Below the pieces are notes generated by a model. It was not told the DNA's origin. It ran no database searches and saw only the letters and a list, made by a program, of their open reading frames with translations. Both the position numbers and the translations under genes were made by a program. DNA of 51,382 nt from NCBI GenBank assembly GCA_036804205.1, contig DAIRSW010000003.1, positions 1 through 51,382 on the forward strand. The letters are read 5' to 3'. This document shows positions 8,455 through 17,812 of this stretch, one piece after another (position 1 is the first letter of the stretch; every line of letters begins with the position of its first letter). The DNA comes from Verrucomicrobiia bacterium (GTDB lineage: Bacteria > Verrucomicrobiota > Verrucomicrobiia > Chthoniobacterales > CALDSX01).

Positions 8455-10451
8455 CCAAGCCAAAAGAAAAAGTCGAAAGGGTCGATCGCGAGGTCGAAGA
8501 GTTTCGCAACATGATGCAGGTGCCCTCCACTTTTGAGGACGGGTTCAATTGGCTGTCGCTCATGGGCGCTTTGTTCATCGCGTTTGTGATGATTCCGGGC
8601 TCGATTTACATGGGCTTGCTGGCGGGCGAACAAAACATTGGCCCGGCGGCTCAGTGGGTGACGGTGATTCTGTTCCTTGAGGTAGCTCGACGGGCGCAAA
8701 GAAATCTTAAAAAACCCGAAATCTTCACCCTCTTTTTTATGGCGGGTGCGGCGATGCAATTGCCGTTCTCGGGACTGATCTGGCATCAGTATTACATGCA
8801 AAGCGATGCCGCGCTGGCTTACGGCATCGCAGAGCACCTGCCGGACTGGTTCGCTCCGCCGGCAGACTCGGAGTCCTACGCCCTGCGCACGTTTTTTCAC
8901 CCCGATTGGTTGCCGGTCATTTTTCTGGTTATCTTCAGCACTTTTTTTGGCCAACTCAGCAACTTGGTTCTTGGCTATGGGCTGTTTCGCTTGACCAGTG
9001 ACATTGAAAAGTTGCCATTTCCCATGGCCCCTATTGGAGCTCAAGGGATGACCGCTTTGGCTGAGGATGTGGATGAAACCAATGCGGGAACCAACGAGCG
9101 ATCCTGGCGATGGCGGGTGTTTTCCATCGGAGGAGCAATAGGACTATTCTTTGGAGCCATTTATCTTGGTCTCCCGACCATAACCGGCATGATCACCGGC
9201 ACGCCGATCATGATTTTCCCGATTCCCTTCGTGGATTTGACCGACAAAACGCAGGGCATTCTCCCGGCTGTAGCGACAGGTATCACTTGGGATCTCGGTA
9301 ACCTCATCATCGGTATGGTGCTCCCATTCTTTGCCATGCTGGGAAGTTTTATCGGCTTGTTGATGACTTTTGTCGCCAACCCGATTTTGTATGAATTCCA
9401 AATTCTGAACTCGTGGTTGCCGGGTGATAACTTGGTAGTCACCACCTTTAAAAATAACATCGATTTTTATTTTAGCTTCACGATTGGGGTCTCCCTGGCG
9501 ATTGCAATAGCTGGTTTTTGGGAGGTCTATGTTGGGATGAAAAAGCGAGCCCGGCAGGCCAGGGACAAGTCGATGGTGATTAACACCTCTGCGCCACCAG
9601 GACGTGGGGATATCAAGCCATGGATTATTATTGGCTGCTACTTTTTTGTCACGGCCGCTTACATCACTGTGTCGGGCTTCTTGATTGGGTGGCATCCTGG
9701 GGTGATGATAGCTCTGCTCTTCTTTGGATTTGTCTACACTCCTTTGATTAGTTATGTCACTGCACGTTTGGAGGGGATTGCCGGGCAGGTGGTTGAAATT
9801 CCAATGATCCGTGAGGCCAGCTTGATCCTCAGTGGATATCAAGGGGTTAAGGTGTGGTTTTTGCCGCTCCCGGTGGCTAACTATGGCATTATGACGGTGC
9901 AGTATCGTATGGCCGAGCTGACCGGAACCAAATTCATTAGTCTTTGGAAAACTAAGTTGGTCCTGTATCCTATCATTCTGGGTTCTTCGATCCTGTTCGC
10001 GAGCTTTATTTGGAGTTTGGCTGAGGTTCCATCCTCTGTTTACCCATTTGCCCAGAAAATGTGGGAACTCGAAGCCATGAACCGGTCGATCATCTATTCA
10101 GCGACGCTCGGAGAGTACAGTCTTTTTGAGGATGCCTTCCGTTGGGACTATCTTGGCTGGGGCGCAGGATTTGGTGTTCTCTTATTTGGCGTTCTGAATG
10201 GGGTGGGCGCACCGATTTTTCTCACCTATGGAGTGGTGCGAGGTCTTGGGCAGAGTTTGCCCCAAATGATCATCCCTCAAATGATTGGTGCCCTGATTGG
10301 CAAATACTACTTCCAGAAGAAGCTAGGGCTAAAATGGAGGCAATACGTGCCGGTTGTCGCGGCGGGCTTCTTGTGCGGCACAGGACTTGTGACCGTCGCA
10401 AGTGTTGGGATAAACTTCTTGAGTAAAGCCGTAATCCAACTGCCTTTTTAG
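8451..10451 (+). CDS. polytopic membrane protein, OPT-superfamily-like (putative peptide transporter)
   Basis: 666 aa with more than 12 hydrophobic segments. KLPFPMAPIGAQGMTAL resembles the OPT L-x-FPSG-x-A motif, and MAELTGTKFISLWKTKL resembles the OPT D-x-K-T-G-x-L-x-G-x-x-P-x-x-Q segment. An ATGA overlap links it to the giant gene. The family call is tentative. Confidence 0.5.
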   Translation: MTKPKEKVERVDREVEEFRNMMQVPSTFEDGFNWLSLMGALFIAFVMIPGSIYMGLLAGEQNIGPAAQWVTVILFLEVARRAQRNLKKPEIFTLFFMAGAAMQLPFSGLIWHQYYMQSDAALAYGIAEHLPDWFAPPADSESYALRTFFHPDWLPVIFLVIFSTFFGQLSNLVLGYGLFRLTSDIEKLPFPMAPIGAQGMTALAEDVDETNAGTNERSWRWRVFSIGGAIGLFFGAIYLGLPTITGMITGTPIMIFPIPFVDLTDKTQGILPAVATGITWDLGNLIIGMVLPFFAMLGSFIGLLMTFVANPILYEFQILNSWLPGDNLVVTTFKNNIDFYFSFTIGVSLAIAIAGFWEVYVGMKKRARQARDKSMVINTSAPPGRGDIKPWIIIGCYFFVTAAYITVSGFLIGWHPGVMIALLFFGFVYTPLISYVTARLEGIAGQVVEIPMIREASLILSGYQGVKVWFLPLPVANYGIMTVQYRMAELTGTKFISLWKTKLVLYPIILGSSILFASFIWSLAEVPSSVYPFAQKMWELEAMNRSIIYSATLGEYSLFEDAFRWDYLGWGAGFGVLLFGVLNGVGAPIFLTYGVVRGLGQSLPQMIIPQMIGALIGKYYFQKKLGLKWRQYVPVVAAGFLCGTGLVTVASVGINFLSKAVIQLPF

Positions 10452-10478
10452 GCCGCAGTCTAACCAATCCAAAAGCTA

Positions 10479-11204
10479 GTGAGCAAAGACGTTTTAATTG
10501 AAGTACGAGAGCTAAGTAAGGTGTTTAACCTTGGCAAGATCGTGGTGCGCGCCTTAGACGACATTCATCTTGATATTTTTCGCTCGGAGTATCTTTCCAT
10601 TATGGGTCCTTCGGGATCAGGAAAGAGCACCCTCTTTAACATGGTCGGAGCCCTGGATCGTCCGTCCACAGGGCACGTAACAGTCGCATCTGTCGATCTT
10701 ACCAAGCTCAGTAGTCGTGAGTTGGCCTATTTTCGGGGTAACCACATTGGATATATCTTCCAGAGTTACAATTTAATTCCAGCTTACACAGCCATAGATA
10801 ACGTAGCCATGCCCCTCCTCTTTAGTGGTGTTGGTCTTGAGGCTGCTCATGAACGCGCTAAGGAAGTCCTCACTCGGGTGGGTCTTGGCCATCGGATGGA
10901 CCATCGTCCGGGTGAGCTTTCTGGTGGGCAGCAACAGCGTGTAGCCATTGCACGCGCTTTGGCAAACCGTCCGGCCATCATTTTGGCGGATGAGCCTACC
11001 GCTAACCTGGATTTGAAAACAGGGGAGGAGATTATTGGGTTGCTTCAAGAGTTGTGTCACGAAGAAAAAGTGACCATCATTACCGCAACTCACGACCATA
11101 AAATGCTGGCCGCTTCGGATCGTATTGTGTGGATCAAGGACGGCAGAATCGATAAGGTTCAAACGGCAGCTGAAGCGAATATTAAAGTTGGTGCAGTGCA
11201 CTAA
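10479..11204 (+). CDS. ABC transporter ATP-binding protein (MacB/LolD/FtsE-like), paralog of 2768..3571
   Basis: GTG start. Walker [36 protein letters not shown] and ATHD. It is closely similar along its length to the first ATPase. Confidence 0.9.
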   Translation: MSKDVLIEVRELSKVFNLGKIVVRALDDIHLDIFRSEYLSIMGPSGSGKSTLFNMVGALDRPSTGHVTVASVDLTKLSSRELAYFRGNHIGYIFQSYNLIPAYTAIDNVAMPLLFSGVGLEAAHERAKEVLTRVGLGHRMDHRPGELSGGQQQRVAIARALANRPAIILADEPTANLDLKTGEEIIGLLQELCHEEKVTIITATHDHKMLAASDRIVWIKDGRIDKVQTAAEANIKVGAVH

Positions 11205-11281
11205 ACACCGACCGGCAAATATTGGCCTGGGTTCTAAACGTCCAGGTTGCAGGTGAAGGCGTTACCAGGCAAAGTAATGCT

Positions 11282-13465
11282 ATGGGTTTCCAACTTTCCA
11301 GCCACTACACACCGCAAGGCGACCAAGGCCGAGCGATTGAGCAGCTGTGCCGCTCGTTGGCTGCAGACAACCGCCACCAAACCCTTTTGGGCGTTACGGG
11401 CAGTGGGAAGACATTTACGGTGGCAAACGTCCTTCAGGAAATGGAGCGCCCAACCCTGATTATTTCTCACAACAAAACCTTGGCGGCCCAGCTCTACTCG
11501 GAGTTTAAGCAGTTCTTTCCCCACAACGCGGTTGAGTATTTTGTGAGCTACTTTGACTATTACCAACCGGAAGCATACATCCCCCGCACCGACACCTATA
11601 TCGAAAAGGATTCGGCGATTAACGAAGAAATTGAGAGGCTTCGACTGTCGGCCACCAGCGCTCTTCTAACCAGGAGGGATGTGATTGTTGTCGCCAGTGT
11701 TTCGTGCATTTACGGTTTAGGTTCACCGGATGATTACCAGCAGATGATGTATCCTATCAGCGCGGGTCAAAGTCTTTCACGAGAGACGTTTTTGTCTCAA
11801 TTGGTGGAAATGTTGTATGAGCGCAACGACATTGCTTTTAGTCGAGGAAAATTTCGAGTCCGCGGGGATGTGGTGGAGGTCCACCCTGCGCAGTTGGATG
11901 AAGAAGGCATCCGGGTGGAGTTTTTTGGAGACGAGGTCGATCGTTTGAGTCGTTTTGACCCACTGACCGGAGATGTGATTGAGCAGGTCAAGGTGGCAAC
12001 TTTTTTCCCGGCCAAGCAGTTTGTGACTCCGCAGGACAAGTTGCGGGCGGCCATGACTAGCATTCGTCAGGAACTCACCGAGCGGGTGGCCTGGTTCGAG
12101 AAAGAAGGCAAGCTTTTGGAAGCCCAGAGGATCAAGATGCGCACAGAGTATGACCTGGAGATGATGCAGGAGATGGGATTTTGCAATGGTATTGAAAACT
12201 ATTCACGCCATCTAACCGGACGTCCACCCGGAGCGCGTCCTTACACTCTCCTGGATTTCTTTCCAGATGATTTTGTGACTGTGATTGACGAATCGCATGC
12301 CACCATTCCTCAGATTGGCGGCATGTATGAAGGCGACCATTCCCGGAAAATGGTGTTGGTCGACCATGGGTTTCGCTTGCCCAGCGCCTTGGATAATCGC
12401 CCTCTGCGTTTCCCAGAGTTTATGGGCATGACCAAGCAGTTACTGTATGTGAGCGCGACACCAGCAGAGTTTGAGTTGGTGAATAGCCGGGTGGGGATTA
12501 CGGACTACATTCCACATCGCCGGGATCGGGTGGGTCAGGAGGAGCCCATCCCAGCAGCTTTGCCTGGCCTAGGTGGTGAAAGCTCGGTTTTCGATCCTCT
12601 AACGCCTGGATCCCCACTGGTGGTGGAGCAAATCATTCGGCCTACGGGCTTACTTGATCCAGTGGTCCAGATTCGTCCGTTAAAAGGGCAGATCGACGAA
12701 ACGATTGAGCTATGCCGACAGCGGGTCGAGAAGGGACAGCGTGTTTTGATCACAACGCTAACCAAGCGCACGGCTGAGGACCTTGCTGATTACTTGCGCG
12801 ATGTCGGCCTCAAGGTGAGATACCTGCACAGCGAAATTGACACGATCGAACGGGTTGAAATCCTTCGTGCCTTGAGGAGGGGCGAGTTTGATATCCTGGT
12901 CGGGATCAATTTGTTGCGAGAAGGCTTAGACCTGCCGGAGGTGAGCTTGGTCTGCATACTGGACGCGGACAAAGAAGGCTATCTGCGAAGCCGAACATCT
13001 CTGATTCAGACTGCGGGCCGAGCTGCGCGTCATATTGACGGTCAAGTGATGTTATTCGCGGATTCCGTTACCGAGAGTATGCAAGCCTTAATCGACGTGT
13101 CAGATTACCGCAGGGCAAGGCAGCAAGCATATAATGAGGAGCACGGCATCACTCCTCAAAGCGTGGTGCGTGGTGAACAGGAGAGTCTTCACATGATTTT
13201 AAAAGGCAAAGCTCGCCAGGTCGAAGCCTCGGTTATTCAGGAAGCGGGGGGTGATTTTGATGTGCAAGAGCTGATCCGCGAGCTTTCGCAAGAAATGGAA
13301 GAGGCCTCTGGCAAGTTGGAGTTCGAGCGGGCGGCACTTTTGCGGGATCAAATTAATGAGTTGCAGGGAGGGCAGGTAAGCGGCAAAAGTCAGGTCAGCT
13401 ACAGAAAGACCAGTGGCAGACTTGGCAGGAGTAGTGGTGGCGGACGACGGAAGGCGAAAGCGTAA
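11282..13465 (+). CDS. uvrB: excinuclease ABC subunit B
   Basis: [26 protein letters not shown]-like block, [35 protein letters not shown], and a C-terminal UVR motif ([17 protein letters not shown]). I chose the ATG at 11282 over the tracked TTG at 11222. Confidence 0.95.
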   Translation: MGFQLSSHYTPQGDQGRAIEQLCRSLAADNRHQTLLGVTGSGKTFTVANVLQEMERPTLIISHNKTLAAQLYSEFKQFFPHNAVEYFVSYFDYYQPEAYIPRTDTYIEKDSAINEEIERLRLSATSALLTRRDVIVVASVSCIYGLGSPDDYQQMMYPISAGQSLSRETFLSQLVEMLYERNDIAFSRGKFRVRGDVVEVHPAQLDEEGIRVEFFGDEVDRLSRFDPLTGDVIEQVKVATFFPAKQFVTPQDKLRAAMTSIRQELTERVAWFEKEGKLLEAQRIKMRTEYDLEMMQEMGFCNGIENYSRHLTGRPPGARPYTLLDFFPDDFVTVIDESHATIPQIGGMYEGDHSRKMVLVDHGFRLPSALDNRPLRFPEFMGMTKQLLYVSATPAEFELVNSRVGITDYIPHRRDRVGQEEPIPAALPGLGGESSVFDPLTPGSPLVVEQIIRPTGLLDPVVQIRPLKGQIDETIELCRQRVEKGQRVLITTLTKRTAEDLADYLRDVGLKVRYLHSEIDTIERVEILRALRRGEFDILVGINLLREGLDLPEVSLVCILDADKEGYLRSRTSLIQTAGRAARHIDGQVMLFADSVTESMQALIDVSDYRRARQQAYNEEHGITPQSVVRGEQESLHMILKGKARQVEASVIQEAGGDFDVQELIRELSQEMEEASGKLEFERAALLRDQINELQGGQVSGKSQVSYRKTSGRLGRSSGGGRRKAKA

Positions 13466-13580
13466 TCCTTCCGACCCTTGGACCGCAGTCAATCTGGCTA
13501 ATCGATCAAAGCCTTTGATTCTTAGGACACAAATGACAAAGACTTGAGTCTTAGCGTTTTTCAGTGAATATCTTCAGCAC

Positions 13581-14375
13581 ATGGCTGTGAACCCTACTAA
13601 ACCTCCGCTTCTAGTTCGTTTTTGGCGAATGCTTGAGACCGTTAACTGGCGCGCTCTTTTGGGAACACTAAGGAACCGGCTTCTAGCAGGTCTCCTGGTG
13701 AGCGTTCCCTTGATCGTTAGTCTGATCGTACTCATGGTGGCGTTTCAGTTCATCAGCAACATGAGCACACCGCTGCTTGCTGCTATTGGGATTAGTGAGC
13801 CTATCCCAGGTCTTCCATTTGTTATCACGCTTCTTCTCATTCTTGGAATGGGTTTTATGGCCACCAACGTTCTGGGGGCGCGCATTATTTCTTGGTTCGA
13901 AGGGGTTATGTTGAGGATTCCGGTGGTCGCAACGATTTATTCGGCCACCAAGCAGGTCATTGATAGTGTAAAGGCGTTTCGTGGCACGCAGTCCTTTCAA
14001 AGGGTTGTTTGGATTCCCTACCCGGACTTTGAGGGGTATCGGTTGCTGGCTTTCGTGACTGGACAATATTTTGATGATCATCTGGAGCGCGAAGTTACCT
14101 GTGTTTTTCTGCCTACCTCGCCCAACCCTTTGACCGGGTTCACCTTGCTCATTGATAGCGATAAAGTCACGAATTGTGCCTTAAGCCTAGAGGAAGCATC
14201 TAAGCTGGTTGTCTCAGCCGGCTTGGTTTCCCCAAAACGTCCGGGAACAGTGACGCCGGAGATGATGACGCCGTTTCCTCAGGTCGCCCCCTCCCCGGTT
14301 GAGATGGAAACTAGCTCGTCGGAATCGGGTGCTCCGAAAACTGCAGATCGGGATTCTTATCTTCCAAAAAACTAA
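13581..14375 (+). CDS. DUF502-family membrane protein
   Basis: Two N-terminal TM helices, then a conserved block (IPVVATIYSATKQVIDSV ... VFLPTSPNPLTGFTLLI ... SLEEASKLVVSAG) typical of DUF502. Confidence 0.7.
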   Translation: MAVNPTKPPLLVRFWRMLETVNWRALLGTLRNRLLAGLLVSVPLIVSLIVLMVAFQFISNMSTPLLAAIGISEPIPGLPFVITLLLILGMGFMATNVLGARIISWFEGVMLRIPVVATIYSATKQVIDSVKAFRGTQSFQRVVWIPYPDFEGYRLLAFVTGQYFDDHLEREVTCVFLPTSPNPLTGFTLLIDSDKVTNCALSLEEASKLVVSAGLVSPKRPGTVTPEMMTPFPQVAPSPVEMETSSSESGAPKTADRDSYLPKN

Positions 14376-15897
14376 TTGCCCAACTGCTAGCGAGAAGCAC
14401 CACCCATTGCCCCAAAATATCGCGTCCTAAGGCTGAGCCGGTGGGTAAACTGACGTCCGGACGGTCATCCTGGGCTCCGCCGGAGATCCACCGGATGATT
14501 TGGTAGGGGGCGGTTTCAAAACGGCACTCCGCAAGATACTCGGTTTCCAATCGATGCTGCATCACTTCAAACTGGAGTGGGCCAACCGCGCCGAGGAGCG
14601 GTATGCGGACCAGGGCGTCAGGCAATTCAAAATGTTGGGCCACACCCTCCTTTAACAACTGGTCGAGGCCCTCTCGAAAGCGCTTAAACTTAGCCGTGCT
14701 TTTATTGTGCAAAAAAGCAAAGCACTCTGGAGCAAACCTGGGGATTTCCTGAAAAACCACCCCCGGTTTTTCGCTCACGGTGTCGCCAATCAAAAAATCA
14801 TAGTTCCCAACAATGCCGAGCACATCGCCGGCGTAAGCTTCGTCGAGGGTCTCCCGTTCTTGGGCGAAAAGTCGTTGAGAATTGGCGAGCCGCACAGTTT
14901 TGCCAGTGCGCGGGTGCGTGACGGTCATGTCTCGTTTAAAGGCACCCGAAACAACCCGCATAAAAGCCACCCGATCGCGGTGCTTAGGATTCATGTTGGC
15001 TTGGATTTTAAAAACAAACGCAGAGAAATCTTCGTCGTCTGGTTGAACGAAGGTATCCCCGCTTCGCCGCGCTTGGGGTGGAGGCGACATCTCCAAAAAG
15101 CGTTGCAGAAGAAGCTCAACACCGAAGTTATTCATAGCGCTCCCGAAAAAAACCGGGGACAGTTTTCCCGCAGCCACCTCTTGCAGGTCAAACTCGGCTC
15201 CTGCTCCTTCGAGTAGCGATAGCTCTTCCTTAACGCGTTCGTGGATATCTGCAGGCAAACTATCTTTAACTCTTGCATCCTCAATTCCGGAGACCTCAAC
15301 CGGTGCCCGATACGCGCCTTTTGGTGTTTTTTCAAACAGATGCACCTGCTTGAGTTCGCGATCAAAAATCCCTCGAAAAAAGGGGCCATCACCAAGCGGC
15401 CAGGTGACCGGAAAGGCATTAATTCCTAGAACGGATTCGAGTTCATCAAGCAGATCCAGCGGCGGCCGGGAGGGGCGATCCAGCTTGTTAATAAAAGTAA
15501 AAATCGGCACCCCGCGTTGGCGACAAACTTCAAATAGCTTCCGTGTCTGGGTTTCGATCCCTTTGCCGGCGTCGATGACCATAACCGCGGCGTCGACGGC
15601 GGTGAGCACGCGGTAGGTGTCTTCGGAAAAATCTTTGTGACCGGGTGTGTCGAGTAGATTGACGACCCGGTTATCGTACTCAAATTGCAGCACGGTGGAG
15701 CTGATCGATATGCCCCGTTGTTTCTCCAGTTCCATCCAATCGCTAGCGGTGGCACGTTGGTTTTTCCGCGCGGTCACCGATCCGGCCAAATGCAGGGCTC
15801 CACCGTAAAGAAGAAATTTCTCAGTTAGGGTCGTTTTGCCTGCGTCGGGATGGGAAATGATCGCAAAAGTTCGTCGTCGAGAGATAGGGTCGGGCAT
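14311..15897 (-). CDS. prfC: peptide chain release factor 3
   Basis: RRTFAIISHPDAGKTTLTEK, NLLDTPGHKDFSEDTYR, FINKLDR; 528 aa. Confidence 0.95.
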   Translation of the reverse strand: MPDPISRRRTFAIISHPDAGKTTLTEKFLLYGGALHLAGSVTARKNQRATASDWMELEKQRGISISSTVLQFEYDNRVVNLLDTPGHKDFSEDTYRVLTAVDAAVMVIDAGKGIETQTRKLFEVCRQRGVPIFTFINKLDRPSRPPLDLLDELESVLGINAFPVTWPLGDGPFFRGIFDRELKQVHLFEKTPKGAYRAPVEVSGIEDARVKDSLPADIHERVKEELSLLEGAGAEFDLQEVAAGKLSPVFFGSAMNNFGVELLLQRFLEMSPPPQARRSGDTFVQPDDEDFSAFVFKIQANMNPKHRDRVAFMRVVSGAFKRDMTVTHPRTGKTVRLANSQRLFAQERETLDEAYAGDVLGIVGNYDFLIGDTVSEKPGVVFQEIPRFAPECFAFLHNKSTAKFKRFREGLDQLLKEGVAQHFELPDALVRIPLLGAVGPLQFEVMQHRLETEYLAECRFETAPYQIIRWISGGAQDDRPDVSLPTGSALGRDILGQWVVLLASSWAISFLEDKNPDLQFSEHPIPTS

Positions 15898-15922
15898 ATT
15901 CGAGAAGGCCTAAAAGAAGGCG

Positions 15923-16303
15923 TTAGTCGTCGAGAGAGTGCTCTTGAAGAACGGACAGGGAAATGACCTCTAGAGTCCGTTGATGCGTCGCCGCCAAGTG
16001 AACCCGAGGGGCCACGCCTGCTTCCCATGCCTCTTTCCAGCGCATCGCACAAAGGCACCAGCGGTCGCCTTCTTTGAGCCCAGGAAATTGGTATTCCGGT
16101 CGTGGGGTAATCAGGTCATTACCCTTCAACTGAGAAAATTCGAGAAAGGCCTCAGTAACTACCACGCACACGGTGTGCCGGCCTAAGTCTTCGGGGCAGG
16201 TGTTACAATGGCCATCGCGAAAAAAACCGGTCAAAGGCTTGGTGCTGCAAGGGCTTAAGGGTTCGCCGATGACATTCAATGAGGGATCAGGTTCAGGATG
16301 CAC
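15923..16303 (-). CDS. DUF2237-family protein
   Basis: 126 aa. The pattern NVIGEPLSPCS..PLTGFFRDGHC.T...D.G.HTVC..VT.EFL...GNDL...PGLKEGDRWCLCA.RW matches my memory of DUF2237. Confidence 0.6.
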   Translation of the reverse strand: MHPEPDPSLNVIGEPLSPCSTKPLTGFFRDGHCNTCPEDLGRHTVCVVVTEAFLEFSQLKGNDLITPRPEYQFPGLKEGDRWCLCAMRWKEAWEAGVAPRVHLAATHQRTLEVISLSVLQEHSLDD

Positions 16304-16385
16304 CTAGAAAGTTGGCACGCCATCGCTTTTCTGGCAAAGCCGCATTTTTGACCAAACAAGGAAAGCGGTCGTTTTGGCTCCTCCG

Positions 16386-17663
16386 TCAGAGAGGCCGCAA
16401 GGCGCTTGTTTTTGGCAAAACGATAATTGCATCGTAGCGCTCTGCGGCAACGCTTGGCACGTAGTTTCGAGCTTCGTGCTCCGGTTGAAATACCACCCCA
16501 ACCGCTCGATGACCGAGAGCTTCCCTAAGTTGCGGCCAGTCCACTTTTTGCGTTAAGAAAAAGTAAGGCTCCTGCTTTTGCTCATAGAGAAAAGCATCCA
16601 AACTCTCAGTGCTTGCAGGCACGAGCGGCATTGCCTCCGGTCGAGCGTCCCAAGCCCGTCCGGCAATGGCTTCTCCCTGGTAAGTGCTAAAGCCGACGAT
16701 AAAAGCTTGATCCGGCCCATATTTTTGTCGAGCCATTTGGCCGATGTTTCTTTGAAGCACCTCGCTCATGGAAGTGGCCCGAGCATCGCCAACATGGGTG
16801 TTGTGAGCCCAAAAAATACCGCGTGCATCCTCACCATAAGACCGCAGTCTGCGTGTCGCGGCCGATTTCATGTGATCAGCACGGGCGTTCCACGACTCGG
16901 CGCCGCCCAGGGCCATAGTGCGAAAGTGTCGCTCAGCGCTGGCGACCACATGGGCGTGTTCCTTAGCTGTCCACGCTGCTCGCTGCTCGGCTTCGGGGAG
17001 GGCTTCTAGGTGGGCCTTTAGCTTTTCAACCGCCTGCTGAACTTCTGGCGCAAAATACGCTTCAAAATTGTATGCCGCGCGTGCGTAACCATGTCCATCG
17101 TTGCGATACGCGGCGAGGCCGGAGTGTAAATCCCGGATGGTTTGAGCAAGATCTTCGTCGGCGGTCTCCAAGTACTCTTGCAGCATATCAAACGACCGGG
17201 CCCACCCATACACATCGAGCCCGTAAAGGCCGACTTGTTTTTCAGCCGGCTGGTCTGCGTTCCAGTCTTTCAGCCACTCCACAAAGTCGGCGAACTCATG
17301 ATTCGCCCACATCCATTGTGGCCAACGATCAAAGGACTTGAGGATATCAACGGCCGAGCTCGACTCTTGATCACGTCCAAGCACATAGTCATTCACCGAC
17401 AACAGAGCGGCCCAGTCGCCTTCCACCGCCACAAAAGAGATGTTCTGTTCGGAAATCAGGCGGCGACTTAGCTGATCCCGCCAAGAATAAAACTCGGACG
17501 TTCCATGGGTGGACTCGCCGAGCAGAACAAGCCTCGCTTCTGCTGCCGCAGTGACAAGCGGGCTCAGGGACTCCGCATCGGTCAAGGGGTGAACTTGCGC
17601 TTGCGTAGAGAACTGTGCGCTCACGAAAAACCAAAGCACCAAGAAAATTGCCTGCGTCTTCAT
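16386..17663 (-). CDS. erythromycin esterase family protein, secreted
   Basis: Signal peptide MKTQAIFLVLWFFVSAQFSTQAQ. The LLGESTHGTSEFY...FVAVEGDWAA...WPQWMWAN block is typical of the Ere/ChaN-like family. Confidence 0.7.
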   Translation of the reverse strand: MKTQAIFLVLWFFVSAQFSTQAQVHPLTDAESLSPLVTAAAEARLVLLGESTHGTSEFYSWRDQLSRRLISEQNISFVAVEGDWAALLSVNDYVLGRDQESSSAVDILKSFDRWPQWMWANHEFADFVEWLKDWNADQPAEKQVGLYGLDVYGWARSFDMLQEYLETADEDLAQTIRDLHSGLAAYRNDGHGYARAAYNFEAYFAPEVQQAVEKLKAHLEALPEAEQRAAWTAKEHAHVVASAERHFRTMALGGAESWNARADHMKSAATRRLRSYGEDARGIFWAHNTHVGDARATSMSEVLQRNIGQMARQKYGPDQAFIVGFSTYQGEAIAGRAWDARPEAMPLVPASTESLDAFLYEQKQEPYFFLTQKVDWPQLREALGHRAVGVVFQPEHEARNYVPSVAAERYDAIIVLPKTSALRPL

Positions 17664-17812
17664 ACTTGCACCCTAGCCCAAATTTTGGGCCGTGCTGAAG
17701 TCGATTGTGAAAAAATTCACAAATACAACTTGTCATCCTTCCAGATTGGTCTTGACTGGCCAACGATCGTTTAGCAAGCCCCTCGTTCTTTTCAACGGTC
17801 ATCCCTTTAAAT

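Noticed and set aside
8202-9842. 280-aa and 232-aa minus-strand ORFs (8202..9044, 9144..9842)
   Set aside because: They are antisense to the giant-protein 3' end and to the OPT-like gene. Their composition is Arg/His/Asn-rich and non-protein-like, while the sense genes carry clear membrane-protein signal.
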